Assembly (NCBI GenBank): GCA_041661265.1
Contig: JBAZUT010000002.1
Coordinates: 76,316-140,315 of the forward strand
Length of the DNA: 64,000 bases
DNA from: Minisyncoccota bacterium
GTDB lineage: Bacteria; Patescibacteriota; Minisyncoccia; JAHIHE01; JAGLIN01
Direction: 5' to 3'
Position 1 is the first letter of the stretch, and each line of letters starts with the position of its first letter. This document shows positions 37,970 to 48,570 of the stretch, piece by piece. The position numbers and the translations under genes were made by a program. Under the pieces are notes generated by a model. The model was not told the DNA's origin, searched no databases, and was given only the letters and a program-made list of their open reading frames with translations.

Positions 37970-39403
37970 ATGACCATTAAGGAACTGATCGTAAAGAACA
38001 AAGAGTCGTTCCAGCTGGGCTACGGACTTCTGCTTATCATCCTCATTCCGATCCTGATCACCGTGAATGTGAATTCGGTCATTGAGAAATACAGCAACAA
38101 CATCGACAAATCGCTGCAAAAACAGCTTCTTACTGTCGGCCGCTCCGTATATGCCCTCGTGAGAGATGACCTTTCGGATCAGGCGGAACTTCAGAAAAAG
38201 ATCGATGCGCTTTCAAAAAGGAACTCCGAATTTCAGAGTATCGAGGTATTGACGCCCGAAGCTTTGACTCAAGAAGGATCCGACTCAAATGAATCTTTCA
38301 AAGTGACAGCTTCCTTGAACCGCGCCGAAGTCGGAAAGGTCATAGATCTTTATTATTACAACCTGGCATGGGGACTCAAGGATAATGACGGACTGGCCAC
38401 ATCCTCCTTCCAAGTTCTGGCCACAAAGGACGGAGAAGCTCTCGTCGGCGATCTTTCAAGAAACGAACGTTTTTGGATCCTGGCCATGCCCATGAGCGAC
38501 GCATCGGGAAAAAAACAGGCCCTGCTCACGTTCAAGACATCTTCAAAGATAATCGATGACCTTGAAAGCGAGAATAGAAATTCCGCAATGTTCTGGCTCA
38601 TCATTACAGTCATTACAACGATCACTTTTCTTTCGATCAACATCAGGCTTTGGGACTATGCGCTCCTCTACAATAAGATCAAGGAGGTTGATCAGATGAA
38701 AGATGAATTCATCTCCATGGCCTCTCATGAACTCCGCACCCCCCTCTCATCCATAAAAGGATATGTTTCTCTCGTCCTGGAAGGAACTTTCGGAAAGATA
38801 GCGAATCCTGAAATGGAAAGAAGCCTGATCCGGGTCATGGCATCCACAAAACGGCTGGAAGAGCTTGTAGAAGACCTTCTTAGCGTTTCCAGGATCGAGC
38901 AGGGGCGCCTTGACGTGGAGCTGAGTGATGTCAAGATAGAGCCGATAGTTGAAGAGATAAACGGTCAGCTGAAGATCTCAGCAGACGCAAAGAACCTTGC
39001 GCTTATCTATCAGAGACCCCCGCAGGAACTTCCTCCGATCCAGTGCGATCCGGAACGCCTGAAACAAGTGCTCGTAAATCTTGTGGGCAATTCCATAAAA
39101 TATACCGAAAAGGGCAGTGTGACTGTCTCAACCGAAATGAACAAGGATAATAAACTGGAGATCAGGGTCAAAGATACGGGCATCGGAATGTCCGCCGAAG
39201 AGCAGAAAAGGCTGTTTGAAAAATTCTACAGGATCAAGAACGAAAACACCGAAAAGATCGTCGGGACCGGACTGGGGCTTTGGATAACGAAACAGATCGT
39301 GGAACTTATGAACGGAAAAATATATATCGAGAGCATGAAGGGCGCCGGAACGCAATTTACCGTGGTCCTTGATCCGGCAAAATCGAGATCATCCGGAAAA
39401 TAA
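37970..39403 (+). CDS. sensor histidine kinase (TM, HisKA, HATPase_c)
   Basis: H-box MASHELRTPLSSIKGY, N/G1/G2 boxes; no response regulator adjacent. Confidence 0.9.
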   Translation: MTIKELIVKNKESFQLGYGLLLIILIPILITVNVNSVIEKYSNNIDKSLQKQLLTVGRSVYALVRDDLSDQAELQKKIDALSKRNSEFQSIEVLTPEALTQEGSDSNESFKVTASLNRAEVGKVIDLYYYNLAWGLKDNDGLATSSFQVLATKDGEALVGDLSRNERFWILAMPMSDASGKKQALLTFKTSSKIIDDLESENRNSAMFWLIITVITTITFLSINIRLWDYALLYNKIKEVDQMKDEFISMASHELRTPLSSIKGYVSLVLEGTFGKIANPEMERSLIRVMASTKRLEELVEDLLSVSRIEQGRLDVELSDVKIEPIVEEINGQLKISADAKNLALIYQRPPQELPPIQCDPERLKQVLVNLVGNSIKYTEKGSVTVSTEMNKDNKLEIRVKDTGIGMSAEEQKRLFEKFYRIKNENTEKIVGTGLGLWITKQIVELMNGKIYIESMKGAGTQFTVVLDPAKSRSSGK

Positions 39404-39660
39404 TATTTAATATAACAACAAGCCCCGCTTGACAGAATGAGCATAAGTGGTAAACTACATTCTGCCGAGAGATTGAAATAAAAAATATAAATTAAGGAAG
39501 GAACTGCGCACATGCGGTCTCATCAATATTTCCTCTTTGCGCATGCAGGATTCCCCTCCGGCGCACATTCCTTCCTTAATTACCAAATCATGCCACTAAG
39601 GCTGTTTTTTGTTGGCAAAATGATATTTTAATGTATAATTAAATTGAAATTAATTTAACA

Positions 39661-41058
39661 ATGAATATGCCAATAAAACTCTATAACACATTTTCAAGGA
39701 AACTCGAGGAATTCAAGTCCATCGAAAAGGACAAAGTTCGCATGTATAACTGCGGTCCTACCGTTTATGACTATGTGCATATCGGCAATTTCAGGACATA
39801 TCTCATGGCGGATTTCCTCAGAAGAATGTTCGAATATTCCGGTTATGAGGTCAAACAGATCAAGAACATCACTGATGTCGGACATCTCACTCAGGACGAC
39901 ATTGAAGCCGGAGAGGATAAGATGCTCAAGGCCGCAAAACGCGAAAAAAAGAGCCCCTATGATATTGCCCGATTCTACGAAAAATCGTTCCATGAAGATG
40001 AAACCAAACTTAACATACTTCCTGCCTTCAATTTCCCCAGAGCCACCGAATATATCCCCCAGATGATAGAAATGATAAAAAAACTCATAGAAAAAGGCTT
40101 TGCATATGAGGTCAAGGGATCTGTTTATTATGATGTCGATAAATTTGCCGATTACGGAAAGCTGTCCGGGAACACGCTGGAAAATCTGAAAATAGGAGCT
40201 CGCTTGGAAGCGCATCCCGACAAAAAGAATCCTTATGATTTCGCCCTTTGGCTCAAAGCCGATCCCGATCACCTGATGCAATGGGATTCTCCCTGGAGCC
40301 GCGGCTACCCCGGATGGCATATTGAATGTTCCGCAATGAGCTCGAGCAATCTCGGCGAAACGATCGATGTCCACACCGGAGGAGAAGACAATGTATTCCC
40401 CCACCACGAAGATGAAATAGCGCAATCCGAAGGAGCCAGCGGGAAAAAATTCGTAAACTATTGGATACATGGACGCCATCTTCTGGTTGACGGAGAAAAG
40501 ATGTCTAAATCAAAGGGTAATTTCTATCCTATTTCCGAGTTCGAAAAAAGGAAGATAGATCCGATCTCTTTCCGCTATTTGTGCCTCACCACGCATTTCA
40601 CGTCTCAATTGAATTTCACGTGGAAAAGCCTTGAAGCCGGCCAGAATGCCCTGAACAAGATGATCGAGTTCATGGGATCCGATGAAAACAAGGGTGAACA
40701 GGAAGAAGGTTATGTGATCAGCGAATTCGATGATAAGTTCAGAGAGTCTCTGGAAAACAACCTGGACACCCCAAAAGCGCTGGCAACCGCATGGGAAATG
40801 ATCAGATCGAAAGATTACTCCGCTTGCGACAAAAAAGAAACACTTCTCAAATTTGACCGCTTTTTCGGATTTAACCTCAAAAACATAAAAACCGTTTCAA
40901 CTGAAATCCCGGAAAATATTCAAAAATTATCCGGCGAAAGGCTTGAAGCGAGAAAAAACAAGGACTGGAAAAGATCCGATGAGCTGAGAGATCTGATAGA
41001 GAAAAAAGGGTTTTCCATAAAAGACACGAAAGACGGACAGATCATAAAAAAGAAGTAG
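39661..41058 (+). CDS. cysS: cysteine--tRNA ligase
   Basis: [13 protein letters not shown] (HIGH) and KMSKSKGN motifs. Confidence 0.95.
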   Translation: MNMPIKLYNTFSRKLEEFKSIEKDKVRMYNCGPTVYDYVHIGNFRTYLMADFLRRMFEYSGYEVKQIKNITDVGHLTQDDIEAGEDKMLKAAKREKKSPYDIARFYEKSFHEDETKLNILPAFNFPRATEYIPQMIEMIKKLIEKGFAYEVKGSVYYDVDKFADYGKLSGNTLENLKIGARLEAHPDKKNPYDFALWLKADPDHLMQWDSPWSRGYPGWHIECSAMSSSNLGETIDVHTGGEDNVFPHHEDEIAQSEGASGKKFVNYWIHGRHLLVDGEKMSKSKGNFYPISEFEKRKIDPISFRYLCLTTHFTSQLNFTWKSLEAGQNALNKMIEFMGSDENKGEQEEGYVISEFDDKFRESLENNLDTPKALATAWEMIRSKDYSACDKKETLLKFDRFFGFNLKNIKTVSTEIPENIQKLSGERLEARKNKDWKRSDELRDLIEKKGFSIKDTKDGQIIKKK

Positions 41059-41072
41059 GCCAAGACCTGCTT

Positions 41073-41333
41073 CTATTTATCTGAATAAACAAGCTTATAA
41101 ACTTCGCTTGCGATACACAGAGTATCTTCCTTCCATTTATTGCCGTTTTCAGATTCTATAATGAAACTTTCTTTTTTATTTATGACCAGAATGCCTTTGA
41201 CCGGCATATAGGTCTTGGTTCCGGGATTGACCCTTGTGTTTGTATGTATGACAAACCTCAATTCTCCATTTTCCGGAACAACGCTTCCTTTGAGCATCCT
41301 ATCCGCTATTTCTTTTATTGTTTTTTCCTCCAT
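41073..41333 (-). CDS. hypothetical protein (86 aa)
   Basis: AAAGAGG RBS before internal ATG MEEKTIKE; ORF-track longer N-terminus is unlikely. Confidence 0.4.
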   Translation of the reverse strand: MEEKTIKEIADRMLKGSVVPENGELRFVIHTNTRVNPGTKTYMPVKGILVINKKESFIIESENGNKWKEDTLCIASEVYKLVYSDK

Positions 41334-41469
41334 AATCTGCCTCTTTTGAAAAATACTACCACATATTCCAGATATAGTAAAGGTGCGGCATTGATCCGAT
41401 TTGTTGGTTAAATGTGCACAAACAGAGCATAATTCCGCCGTTGCCATTAACCATTAACATGATATACTG

Positions 41470-41575
41470 AATCTGCAGACAAATTCAGTATTTAGTATAT
41501 AGTATTAAGTATTTAGCAAATCAATTCTCGTATAATGCCTTAATACTAAATACTATATACTTAATACTTTCATTC
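41470..41575. promoter_or_regulatory. AT-rich inverted-repeat motif pair (AGTATTTAGTATATAGTATTAAGTATTTAG ... TAATACTAAATACTATATACTTAATACT) upstream of dnaB
   Basis: Seen directly; a similar motif is at 25668-25700. Confidence 0.35.
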
Positions 41576-41641
41576 TTCATATCATCATCGTAGATATAAA
41601 TAAATTCCAAGTTATTCAGCTAAAATTATTTAAATATCAAC

Positions 41642-43009
41642 ATGGCCCAGGAAACGAAAAATCCCGCCTTCGAAAGCAACAAACTTCCGCCTCAGAACGT
41701 CGAAGCCGAACAGTCCGTTCTAGGCTCGCTTATGATAGACAAGAACGCCATAATCAAGATCGCGGACCTGATCAATCCTGAAGATTTTTATAAGAACACG
41801 CATGGAAAGATATTCGACGCGATGCTCTATCTCTATGAACACCATGAACCGATCGACATCCTCAGCCTTTCGAACAGGCTCAATGAGACCGGCGAACTTG
41901 ATGGAATAGGAGGACACAGCTATCTTGCGTCGCTCGCCAACACGGTTCCGACAGCCGCCAACGTGATCCACTATGCAAAGATCGTCGAAAAAAAAGCGGT
42001 TCTCAGAAAACTTATAGACAATGCCTCGCAAATAATCGAGAATTCGTATAATGAGACCGAAGAGGTTGATAAGATACTTGATAATGCCGAACAGAAGATA
42101 TTTGCGGTTTCCCAGAAGCACGTCAGACAGGATTTTTCTCCGATCAAACCGGCGCTGGAAGAAGCTTTCGACAGGATCGACGAACTGCACAAAAACAAAG
42201 GAAAGCTCCGGGGCATTCCTACGGGATTCACCGACCTGGACAACATCCTGGCGGGACTTCAAAAATCAAATCTTATAATTCTTGGCGCGAGGCCCAGCGT
42301 CGGCAAGTCTTCTCTTGCCATGGACATCGCAAGACATGCCGCAACAAGAGAAAAAGTTTCCGTCGGGATCTTTTCGCTCGAAATGTCAAAAGATGAAATG
42401 ATCGACAGGCTGATCTGCGCGGAAGCGAATATCGATCTGTGGAAACTCAGGACGGGAAAACTTTCCAGCACCGGAGAGAATGACGATTTTTCGAGGATCG
42501 GCCATGCAATGGGAATATTGTCCGAATCCCCCATTTTCATCGATGACACCGCCACGCTGAATGTCATGGAGATGAGAACAATGGCGCGCCGGCTTCAGGC
42601 GGAGCATGGCCTGGGACTTATAATTATCGACTACCTGCAGCTCATTGAAGGAAGAGGGAAAACCGATAATCGCGTACAGGAAGTGAGCGAGATATCAAGA
42701 TCTCTCAAAGGACTCGCCAGAGAATTGAATATCCCCATTGTTGCGCTTTCGCAGCTCTCGAGGGGCATCGAATCAAGACAGGACCAAAAACCGAAACTAT
42801 CGGATCTCAGGGAAAGCGGGTCTATCGAGCAGGATGCCGATGTCGTGCTCTTCATATACAGAGAAGACAGGGTCAACAAGAGCACCGAAAACAAGAACAT
42901 TGCGGATATACTTGTTTCCAAGCACAGAAATGGCCCGATCGGCGAAGTGAAATTGTATTTCAATGAGCAATGCACCAGCTTCAAAAACCTGGACAGAAGA
43001 CACGAGTGA
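41642..43009 (+). CDS. dnaB: replicative DNA helicase DnaB
   Basis: N-terminal domain, Walker A GARPSVGKSS, RecA-like core, 455 aa. Confidence 0.95.
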   Translation: MAQETKNPAFESNKLPPQNVEAEQSVLGSLMIDKNAIIKIADLINPEDFYKNTHGKIFDAMLYLYEHHEPIDILSLSNRLNETGELDGIGGHSYLASLANTVPTAANVIHYAKIVEKKAVLRKLIDNASQIIENSYNETEEVDKILDNAEQKIFAVSQKHVRQDFSPIKPALEEAFDRIDELHKNKGKLRGIPTGFTDLDNILAGLQKSNLIILGARPSVGKSSLAMDIARHAATREKVSVGIFSLEMSKDEMIDRLICAEANIDLWKLRTGKLSSTGENDDFSRIGHAMGILSESPIFIDDTATLNVMEMRTMARRLQAEHGLGLIIIDYLQLIEGRGKTDNRVQEVSEISRSLKGLARELNIPIVALSQLSRGIESRQDQKPKLSDLRESGSIEQDADVVLFIYREDRVNKSTENKNIADILVSKHRNGPIGEVKLYFNEQCTSFKNLDRRHE

Positions 43010-43029
43010 TAAGTAAACAGTAAATCGCA

Positions 43030-43180
43030 ATATTTTACTATTTACAAATGTCAATTTACAATTATCAATTTTCAATAAATTATCAATTTCTCAATTATCA
43101 GACAGTTTGATAATTTTGTCATTAATTATTCATCGTGAATTGATAATTATTTTTTAATTTTACATTTTAAATTTTACATT
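43030..43180. repeat. CAATT-periodic AT-rich intergenic element (family shared with 21300-21440 and 29640-29750)
   Basis: GTCAATTTACAATTATCAATTTTCAAT...AATTG inverted half. Confidence 0.4.
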
Positions 43181-43184
43181 ATTC

Positions 43185-43784
43185 ATGTCCTATCCCCGAC
43201 CGCTGCAAAATCTGATAGACGAATTTTCAAAGCTTCCCGGAATCGGACCGCGTACAGCAGCTCGGTTCGCTTTTAATCTGCTCCGAAGATCGGATGAAGA
43301 ACTATCGCTCCTGAGCGATGCGATCATAAAACTCAAAAAGGATATGCAGATATGCCGGATATGTTTCAATATATCCGAAAAAGAACTTTGTGAGTTCTGC
43401 TCCAATTCCAAACGCGACAAAAGCACTATTTGCATAGTCGAAGAGGCCATGAATATCCCTGCAATCGAAAAAACAAGGCAGTACAACGGCCTTTACCACG
43501 TCCTTGGAGGCGTGATCAGGCCGAATGAAGGGATCGGACCGGATAACCTGAAGATCAAGGAATTGACCGCAAGAATAAAAGATAATGGGATCCAGGAGAT
43601 AATTATCGCAACAAATCCCAATACGGAAGGAGAGACAACTGCGCTTTACTTGTCAAAATTACTGTCAAAGTCTAAGATAAAAGTAACAAGGCTCGCGCGC
43701 GGCCTTTCCACGGGAAGCGACCTGGAATACGCCGATGAAATAACGATATCGAGCGCCCTTTCGGGAAGAAAAGAGATCATTTAA
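43185..43784 (+). CDS. recR: recombination protein RecR
   Basis: HhH (LPGIGPRTA), C4 zinc finger CRIC...CEFC, Toprim. Confidence 0.95.
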   Translation: MSYPRPLQNLIDEFSKLPGIGPRTAARFAFNLLRRSDEELSLLSDAIIKLKKDMQICRICFNISEKELCEFCSNSKRDKSTICIVEEAMNIPAIEKTRQYNGLYHVLGGVIRPNEGIGPDNLKIKELTARIKDNGIQEIIIATNPNTEGETTALYLSKLLSKSKIKVTRLARGLSTGSDLEYADEITISSALSGRKEII

Positions 43785-43829
43785 GGAGGTGTTAACATCG
43801 CAAAGAATTCCCTGTTCTTCAGCACGATA

Positions 43830-44153
43830 TTGAACTGTCTCATCGAGAGAATGTCGGCCGAGGATGAAAAATGGATAAAAAAATACAGAATGAAGAACGA
43901 TATATGGAATATCTTTTTCCTGGAGCGCAATAACGGCTGCAGAAAAAAAGAAATAGACATTAAAGCAGCAAAAATGATGTCCAGAGACATTCTCGATGCA
44001 AAAAAGAATAGGATCACCGAAAGCCCCTTTTCCAAAAATCCGCATCTTGCTCAGCTTTCATTGATGATAGGCCTCAAAATAACCGGATTGAAAATGAATG
44101 AATCTGAAATAAAAGACCTGATCCTGGATGCAGTAAAGACAAAAAATGCTTGA
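43830..44153 (+). CDS. hypothetical protein (about 107 aa; start uncertain, TTG or upstream non-ATG)
   Basis: GGAGGTG RBS at 43785 after recR stop; in-frame ORF. Confidence 0.35.
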   Translation: MNCLIERMSAEDEKWIKKYRMKNDIWNIFFLERNNGCRKKEIDIKAAKMMSRDILDAKKNRITESPFSKNPHLAQLSLMIGLKITGLKMNESEIKDLILDAVKTKNA

Positions 44154-44192
44154 CACCACAGGGCAGAATGGCCTTGTTTTTTTATACAAAAA

Positions 44193-44211
44193 CAAACCCC
44201 TCTGCGGGGTT
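44193..44211. terminator. bidirectional terminator downstream of rplU
   Basis: AAACCCC-TCTG-CGGGGTTT. Confidence 0.55.
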
Positions 44212-44234
44212 TGCTTTAAAATATTCAAACAAAT

Positions 44235-44552
44235 TTATTTTGTTATTTTTTCTATTTCGATCTCAGTATACGGCTGTCTGTGAGAACCATTCCTGTTATA
44301 TCTTTTCTTGGCCTTATGCTTGACGACAGTCACTTTGTCATGCCTTCCCTGTTTCAGGATCTTGGCCTCAACCTTGGCTCCCTTTATCAACGGTTCACCG
44401 ACAACAACCTCTTTGGCATCCTTCGAAGAAACCATAAGAACGCTGTCGAAAATGACCTTTGACCCCTCTTCGCCTTCAATTTTCTCGATCTTTAGCTTGT
44501 CGCTTGGAGAAACTTTGTATTGTTTTCCGCCGGTTTTGATAACTGCTATCAT
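44235..44552 (-). CDS. rplU: 50S ribosomal protein L21
   Basis: MIAVIKTGGKQYKV start. Confidence 0.92.
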   Translation of the reverse strand: MIAVIKTGGKQYKVSPSDKLKIEKIEGEEGSKVIFDSVLMVSSKDAKEVVVGEPLIKGAKVEAKILKQGRHDKVTVVKHKAKKRYNRNGSHRQPYTEIEIEKITK

Positions 44553-44652
44553 ATTATTCAATAACTAATTACTTAAAAAAACAAAGGCTATTTCGGCTTC
44601 AAGACTTAAATAGCTTTGCCTAACTATTTTTAACAATAGAATTCTATCACTA

Positions 44653-45708
44653 TTACTGCTTTGTGTCAATAATTTTGCCCTTTTCGCCCTTTATGCCGAA
44701 TTCATAGATCAGATAATTCGCCAGAACGAAAAGCAGGATCAAAGATATTATTTTTCCGATATTTTGAAAAAATATGGCAGCAACTGCAAACACAGCGCAT
44801 ATCACATAGACAAAATATGCGATCTTTTTCTGTGACCATCCCCTTTTCAATAGACGATAATGAAGATGGGTCGCATCTCCCGTAAAAGGAGAATTTCCCG
44901 ATCTCATTCTCACTGCCATTACCCACATGGCATCAATTATCGGAAACCCCATAATAAGAAGCGCGGTCGCTATCTTCCCTCCCGAAAATATGGCAAGAAC
45001 TGACAGCATAAAACCCAAAAAATACGAACCGCTTGTTCCCATGAAGATCCTTGCCGGATGCATATTGAATATCAAAAAGCCAAGTGTCGAACCGGCCAGG
45101 GCTATGGCCATGATCGCAAGCGGCGGCTGATTTACAATATCAGAAATGCTGATAATGAACAATGTGACCGCTCCGATAAAACCGACTCCTCCCGCGAGGC
45201 CATCCGAACCATCGAGCCAATTCATGACATTCATAAATCCGACGATCCAGAACAACACGAAAAGAGATCCCAAAACAGAATAATCACCGATCACAAACTG
45301 ATCCAGACGAAACTCTTTGCCGCCAAGCGGGTTTGCGATATAATCGACGGTCAACCCCGAATATATCATTATAAGAGCTACGGATATCTGGACCAGCAAC
45401 TGTTTTTTCCAGGACACATCCTTAAGGTCGTCATAAATGCCGAATATTAAAATCATCACCGACGATACAGCTATTCCGGTCTTTAGCACGTCAAAAACGA
45501 GCTCTCTGCTCAGAGAAAATATCAATAAAAATGATATTATCATCGATGCTCCGCCGAATCGGGAGATTGGCCTCTCCAAGGATCCGCTTGTTGTCCTCAT
45601 CCGGAGAAGATCATATTTCCTCGACATTTTAGCGACAAAAAAAGTCAGCGCAATGCTTGCGAAGAGTGCCAGAAAAAATGGTTGTATATATAGTGCTATA
45701 TTTGACAT
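44653..45708 (-). CDS. WecA/MraY-family polyprenyl-phosphate N-acetylhexosamine-1-phosphate transferase
   Basis: About 10 TM; NWLDGSDGLAGG motif; start taken at MSNIALY. Confidence 0.8.
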   Translation of the reverse strand: MSNIALYIQPFFLALFASIALTFFVAKMSRKYDLLRMRTTSGSLERPISRFGGASMIISFLLIFSLSRELVFDVLKTGIAVSSVMILIFGIYDDLKDVSWKKQLLVQISVALIMIYSGLTVDYIANPLGGKEFRLDQFVIGDYSVLGSLFVLFWIVGFMNVMNWLDGSDGLAGGVGFIGAVTLFIISISDIVNQPPLAIMAIALAGSTLGFLIFNMHPARIFMGTSGSYFLGFMLSVLAIFSGGKIATALLIMGFPIIDAMWVMAVRMRSGNSPFTGDATHLHYRLLKRGWSQKKIAYFVYVICAVFAVAAIFFQNIGKIISLILLFVLANYLIYEFGIKGEKGKIIDTKQ

Positions 45709-45749
45709 AACGTACTGCCTTATGTAACATTCAAAAATGGAGGTCGTAT

Positions 45750-46268
45750 ATGAAAGATATACTAACAAAGATCATTAACAAAGTGAAGGAATTCAATGAT
45801 AGTCTCATAACTCCGCCCGATTTCGTATTGATTGACGCCATCATGGAACTTCTTGGCCGGAATCCATACACGAGCCAGGAGTTGAATAAACTCCTGAATA
45901 TAAACAACGAATCAAAGGTCAACGGCATTCTCAAAGAGCTTATAAAGAATGACTTTATCAAAAAGACAGATTTCACCATGGAGGTTGATGGGTCTGTGAT
46001 TCCGTCTCCTTTATATTATTCCCTGAGCTACGAAGATAAATTTCTGGAAGCTCTTGAGAAAAAAAGCATGACGATCCCGGATCTCTATCGGGAACTCGGC
46101 TGTACGGACGAATTCAAAATAATAGCCATGGTAGGGAAACTAGAACCGGAGAACAAGATAGAGCTTGAAGAATGGCCGGAAGGAATAAAAACTATCTGCC
46201 GGGATGAAGTAATAAACCTGGTTAAATATAAAAGGACAAAAACTGTCTCAAAAGGTCAAAGGGAATAA
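45750..46268 (+). CDS. hypothetical protein (172 aa), possible winged-helix
   Basis: GGAGGT RBS 6 nt before ATG. Confidence 0.5.
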   Translation: MKDILTKIINKVKEFNDSLITPPDFVLIDAIMELLGRNPYTSQELNKLLNINNESKVNGILKELIKNDFIKKTDFTMEVDGSVIPSPLYYSLSYEDKFLEALEKKSMTIPDLYRELGCTDEFKIIAMVGKLEPENKIELEEWPEGIKTICRDEVINLVKYKRTKTVSKGQRE

Positions 46269-46374
46269 CAATTCCTTTTTTTAATAATCGTACAGGAATC
46301 AATCAGAATGACCGGACACATAATTGACATTATTCACTTCTTTGTATTATATTATTCAAAAGGAGGCAAAAGCA

Positions 46375-46830
46375 TTGGATAATTCAAAAAAAGAAACAGG
46401 CACGAAAATGGAGAAGGAATTTAAGTCGCGCCGGGAACTGATCCATGTCCAGGTCCAGGATTATGAGCGGTCAGAGCTGGAAAAAGCCAACAGGCCGATC
46501 AGGATGAGAAATCTTGTACGAAAAAGGATGAGCGAACTTGAAAAGAAAGCGCTTGAATTTTTCTCAGTTCCATCGGGCTCAATGGAAGTCGCCGAAAAAC
46601 TTTATGAATATCTTTCCAAAACTGAAAAGTTCAGCCTGGAAGACGAGTACGCGATGAGAGATGCTCTTATGACATTGATCATATACCCGATGAACGAGAG
46701 CAGAAAGATCGTAGATGCCAAAATAATGAGAAAAGTGCATAGCGACAGCGGATCATATTTTGTTCTACTCCTCCAGGATGCGACTCTTGTAACCGATACG
46801 GATAAACCGTTAATTTTCGAATCAGAATAG
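46375..46830 (+). CDS. hypothetical protein (about 151 aa)
   Basis: AAGGAGG RBS then in-frame TTG; alternative ATG at 46408. Confidence 0.45.
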   Translation: MDNSKKETGTKMEKEFKSRRELIHVQVQDYERSELEKANRPIRMRNLVRKRMSELEKKALEFFSVPSGSMEVAEKLYEYLSKTEKFSLEDEYAMRDALMTLIIYPMNESRKIVDAKIMRKVHSDSGSYFVLLLQDATLVTDTDKPLIFESE

Positions 46831-46937
46831 GACAATGTTCCTATTTTTTTTAAATCTCGCTCCGACAGCCGACCTGAATTTCCCGAAACAAGAAGGCATA
46901 TCCGTCAAATTTACGCGAGACCAATTGAAGGATCCGG

Positions 46938-48488
46938 TTATTTCCTCACCTTTTTTGTAACCCAGAATTCCATATATTTTCCAAACAGCATTCTTGTCTG
47001 AGCATCAAGCATCGGAAGCGCTCCAAGAGGGACTGCTATGATCGGAGCCAATATCCACTGTATAACCATGGATATTTTTTTTATTCTGCTGGTTCCATAG
47101 GGGGCCTTCGGGAGCAAGAAGATCGAAAGAAACATCGAAACGATCAGGCCGATCGTCGCAAAGGTCATGAGATATCCCAGAACTTTCGGCAAGTTCAGCG
47201 CCAGAACCGTCTGATTGAAATTATTCCCTCCGAGAATGATCGGAAGCCATCCGAAAAAAGAGATGATTATCGGAGTAAGCCCCCACGATATTCTTCCGAT
47301 AAACTCCTCCCATGCCCTGGAGATCTTTTTCAAAATGGGTATCTTCCTGTCATGCAGAAACGATCTGTATACTATCGGAATATTCTCGATCCCCCAAGCC
47401 CATCTTCTCTGCTGCCTGTATTGATTCGCGATAGTGCTCAGAAAGTTCTCCGCCATTACGGCATCAAGCGAAACTGAAAGATAGATCGGCTGAACATGAT
47501 AATTTCCGTGGTAATAAGAGAAACATTTCCAATATATTATCGAGTCATCCGATATCATGTCCCTGGGCCAATAGTTCACGGCCACAAGCGTCTTGAAGCT
47601 CATTGAATGGCTCGAAAAGGTCACCATCTCGTCATATCGCACGCTCTGCATGATCTGCCAGAACGATGAACTTACCATAATGACGCGGACAATGCTGTTC
47701 GCCTCCCAGATATTGTTGTTATAGAGAGGAAGCGGCTGATAGCTCAGCTGATGTCTTTTGGGATTTTTTATGAATTGATAGGCAAGGCACGCAAAATACT
47801 GCGGATGGACGCACGTGTCGCTATCGAAGGTCGAAACGATGACATTCTCATATCCGATCCCTTTTTCATCAAGGAATATTCTTGCCTCTTCCGCCGCCCA
47901 GCTCGCATTCGCACCCTTCACTTTCGCCTCCCCCTCCATGCCTTCCGGATGAACGGTCGTAAGATATGCGAAAAACTTATTTGTATAAAGCTCCTCAAGG
48001 ATCTTCGCCCTCGAAAAAGCTTCCTCGCCCGCCCTTTCCTCGAAAGCAACGACAACGATCATTTTTTCCTTGGGATAATTCGAATTCACAATACAGTCAA
48101 GCGTGGTTCTGAGAACCTCGAGCCCTTCTTTATATGTGGGAAATATGATCAGCTGATAGACGTTCTCAAATCGGACCTTTTCAGCATCATCCCTCTCCCC
48201 CGCCAATTCTCTGCATTTTGCAAGCCAGTCCATGCCTTCCCATATCTTCATTCTCCTGTAACCGTATATGGCGAAGACGGTTATATAAAAAACCTTAACC
48301 ATCCAATAAAGATCGAAGATAATTATAAATACGGCAATAATAACCGGAAAATTGTACGACACATAGACACCGCCGATCAAAAACGACCAACTCACGATCC
48401 CCGGCAGCATCTCTATTGCCCTCTGGATATACCGTTCCTTGCGTTCTTTCGGCTTGGATGTCGGAAAATAAAATTTTTCTTCATTCAT
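46938..48488 (-). CDS. processive family-2 glycosyltransferase (cellulose/chitin-synthase-like), membrane-embedded
   Basis: DSD...QQRRWAWG (QxxRW) motif; N- and C-terminal TM clusters. Confidence 0.8.
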   Translation of the reverse strand: MNEEKFYFPTSKPKERKERYIQRAIEMLPGIVSWSFLIGGVYVSYNFPVIIAVFIIIFDLYWMVKVFYITVFAIYGYRRMKIWEGMDWLAKCRELAGERDDAEKVRFENVYQLIIFPTYKEGLEVLRTTLDCIVNSNYPKEKMIVVVAFEERAGEEAFSRAKILEELYTNKFFAYLTTVHPEGMEGEAKVKGANASWAAEEARIFLDEKGIGYENVIVSTFDSDTCVHPQYFACLAYQFIKNPKRHQLSYQPLPLYNNNIWEANSIVRVIMVSSSFWQIMQSVRYDEMVTFSSHSMSFKTLVAVNYWPRDMISDDSIIYWKCFSYYHGNYHVQPIYLSVSLDAVMAENFLSTIANQYRQQRRWAWGIENIPIVYRSFLHDRKIPILKKISRAWEEFIGRISWGLTPIIISFFGWLPIILGGNNFNQTVLALNLPKVLGYLMTFATIGLIVSMFLSIFLLPKAPYGTSRIKKISMVIQWILAPIIAVPLGALPMLDAQTRMLFGKYMEFWVTKKVRK

Positions 48489-48570
48489 ATGTTATGCAGT
48501 TGCATTATAGGTTTCACACTCCCCCGGATTAATTATACCATAGCACTGTTAATCTCAATTTCTATTTATA

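Noticed and set aside
39694-40479. 261-aa minus-strand ORF inside cysS
   Set aside because: It is antisense to cysS, which carries HIGH and KMSKS motifs, and has no start context.
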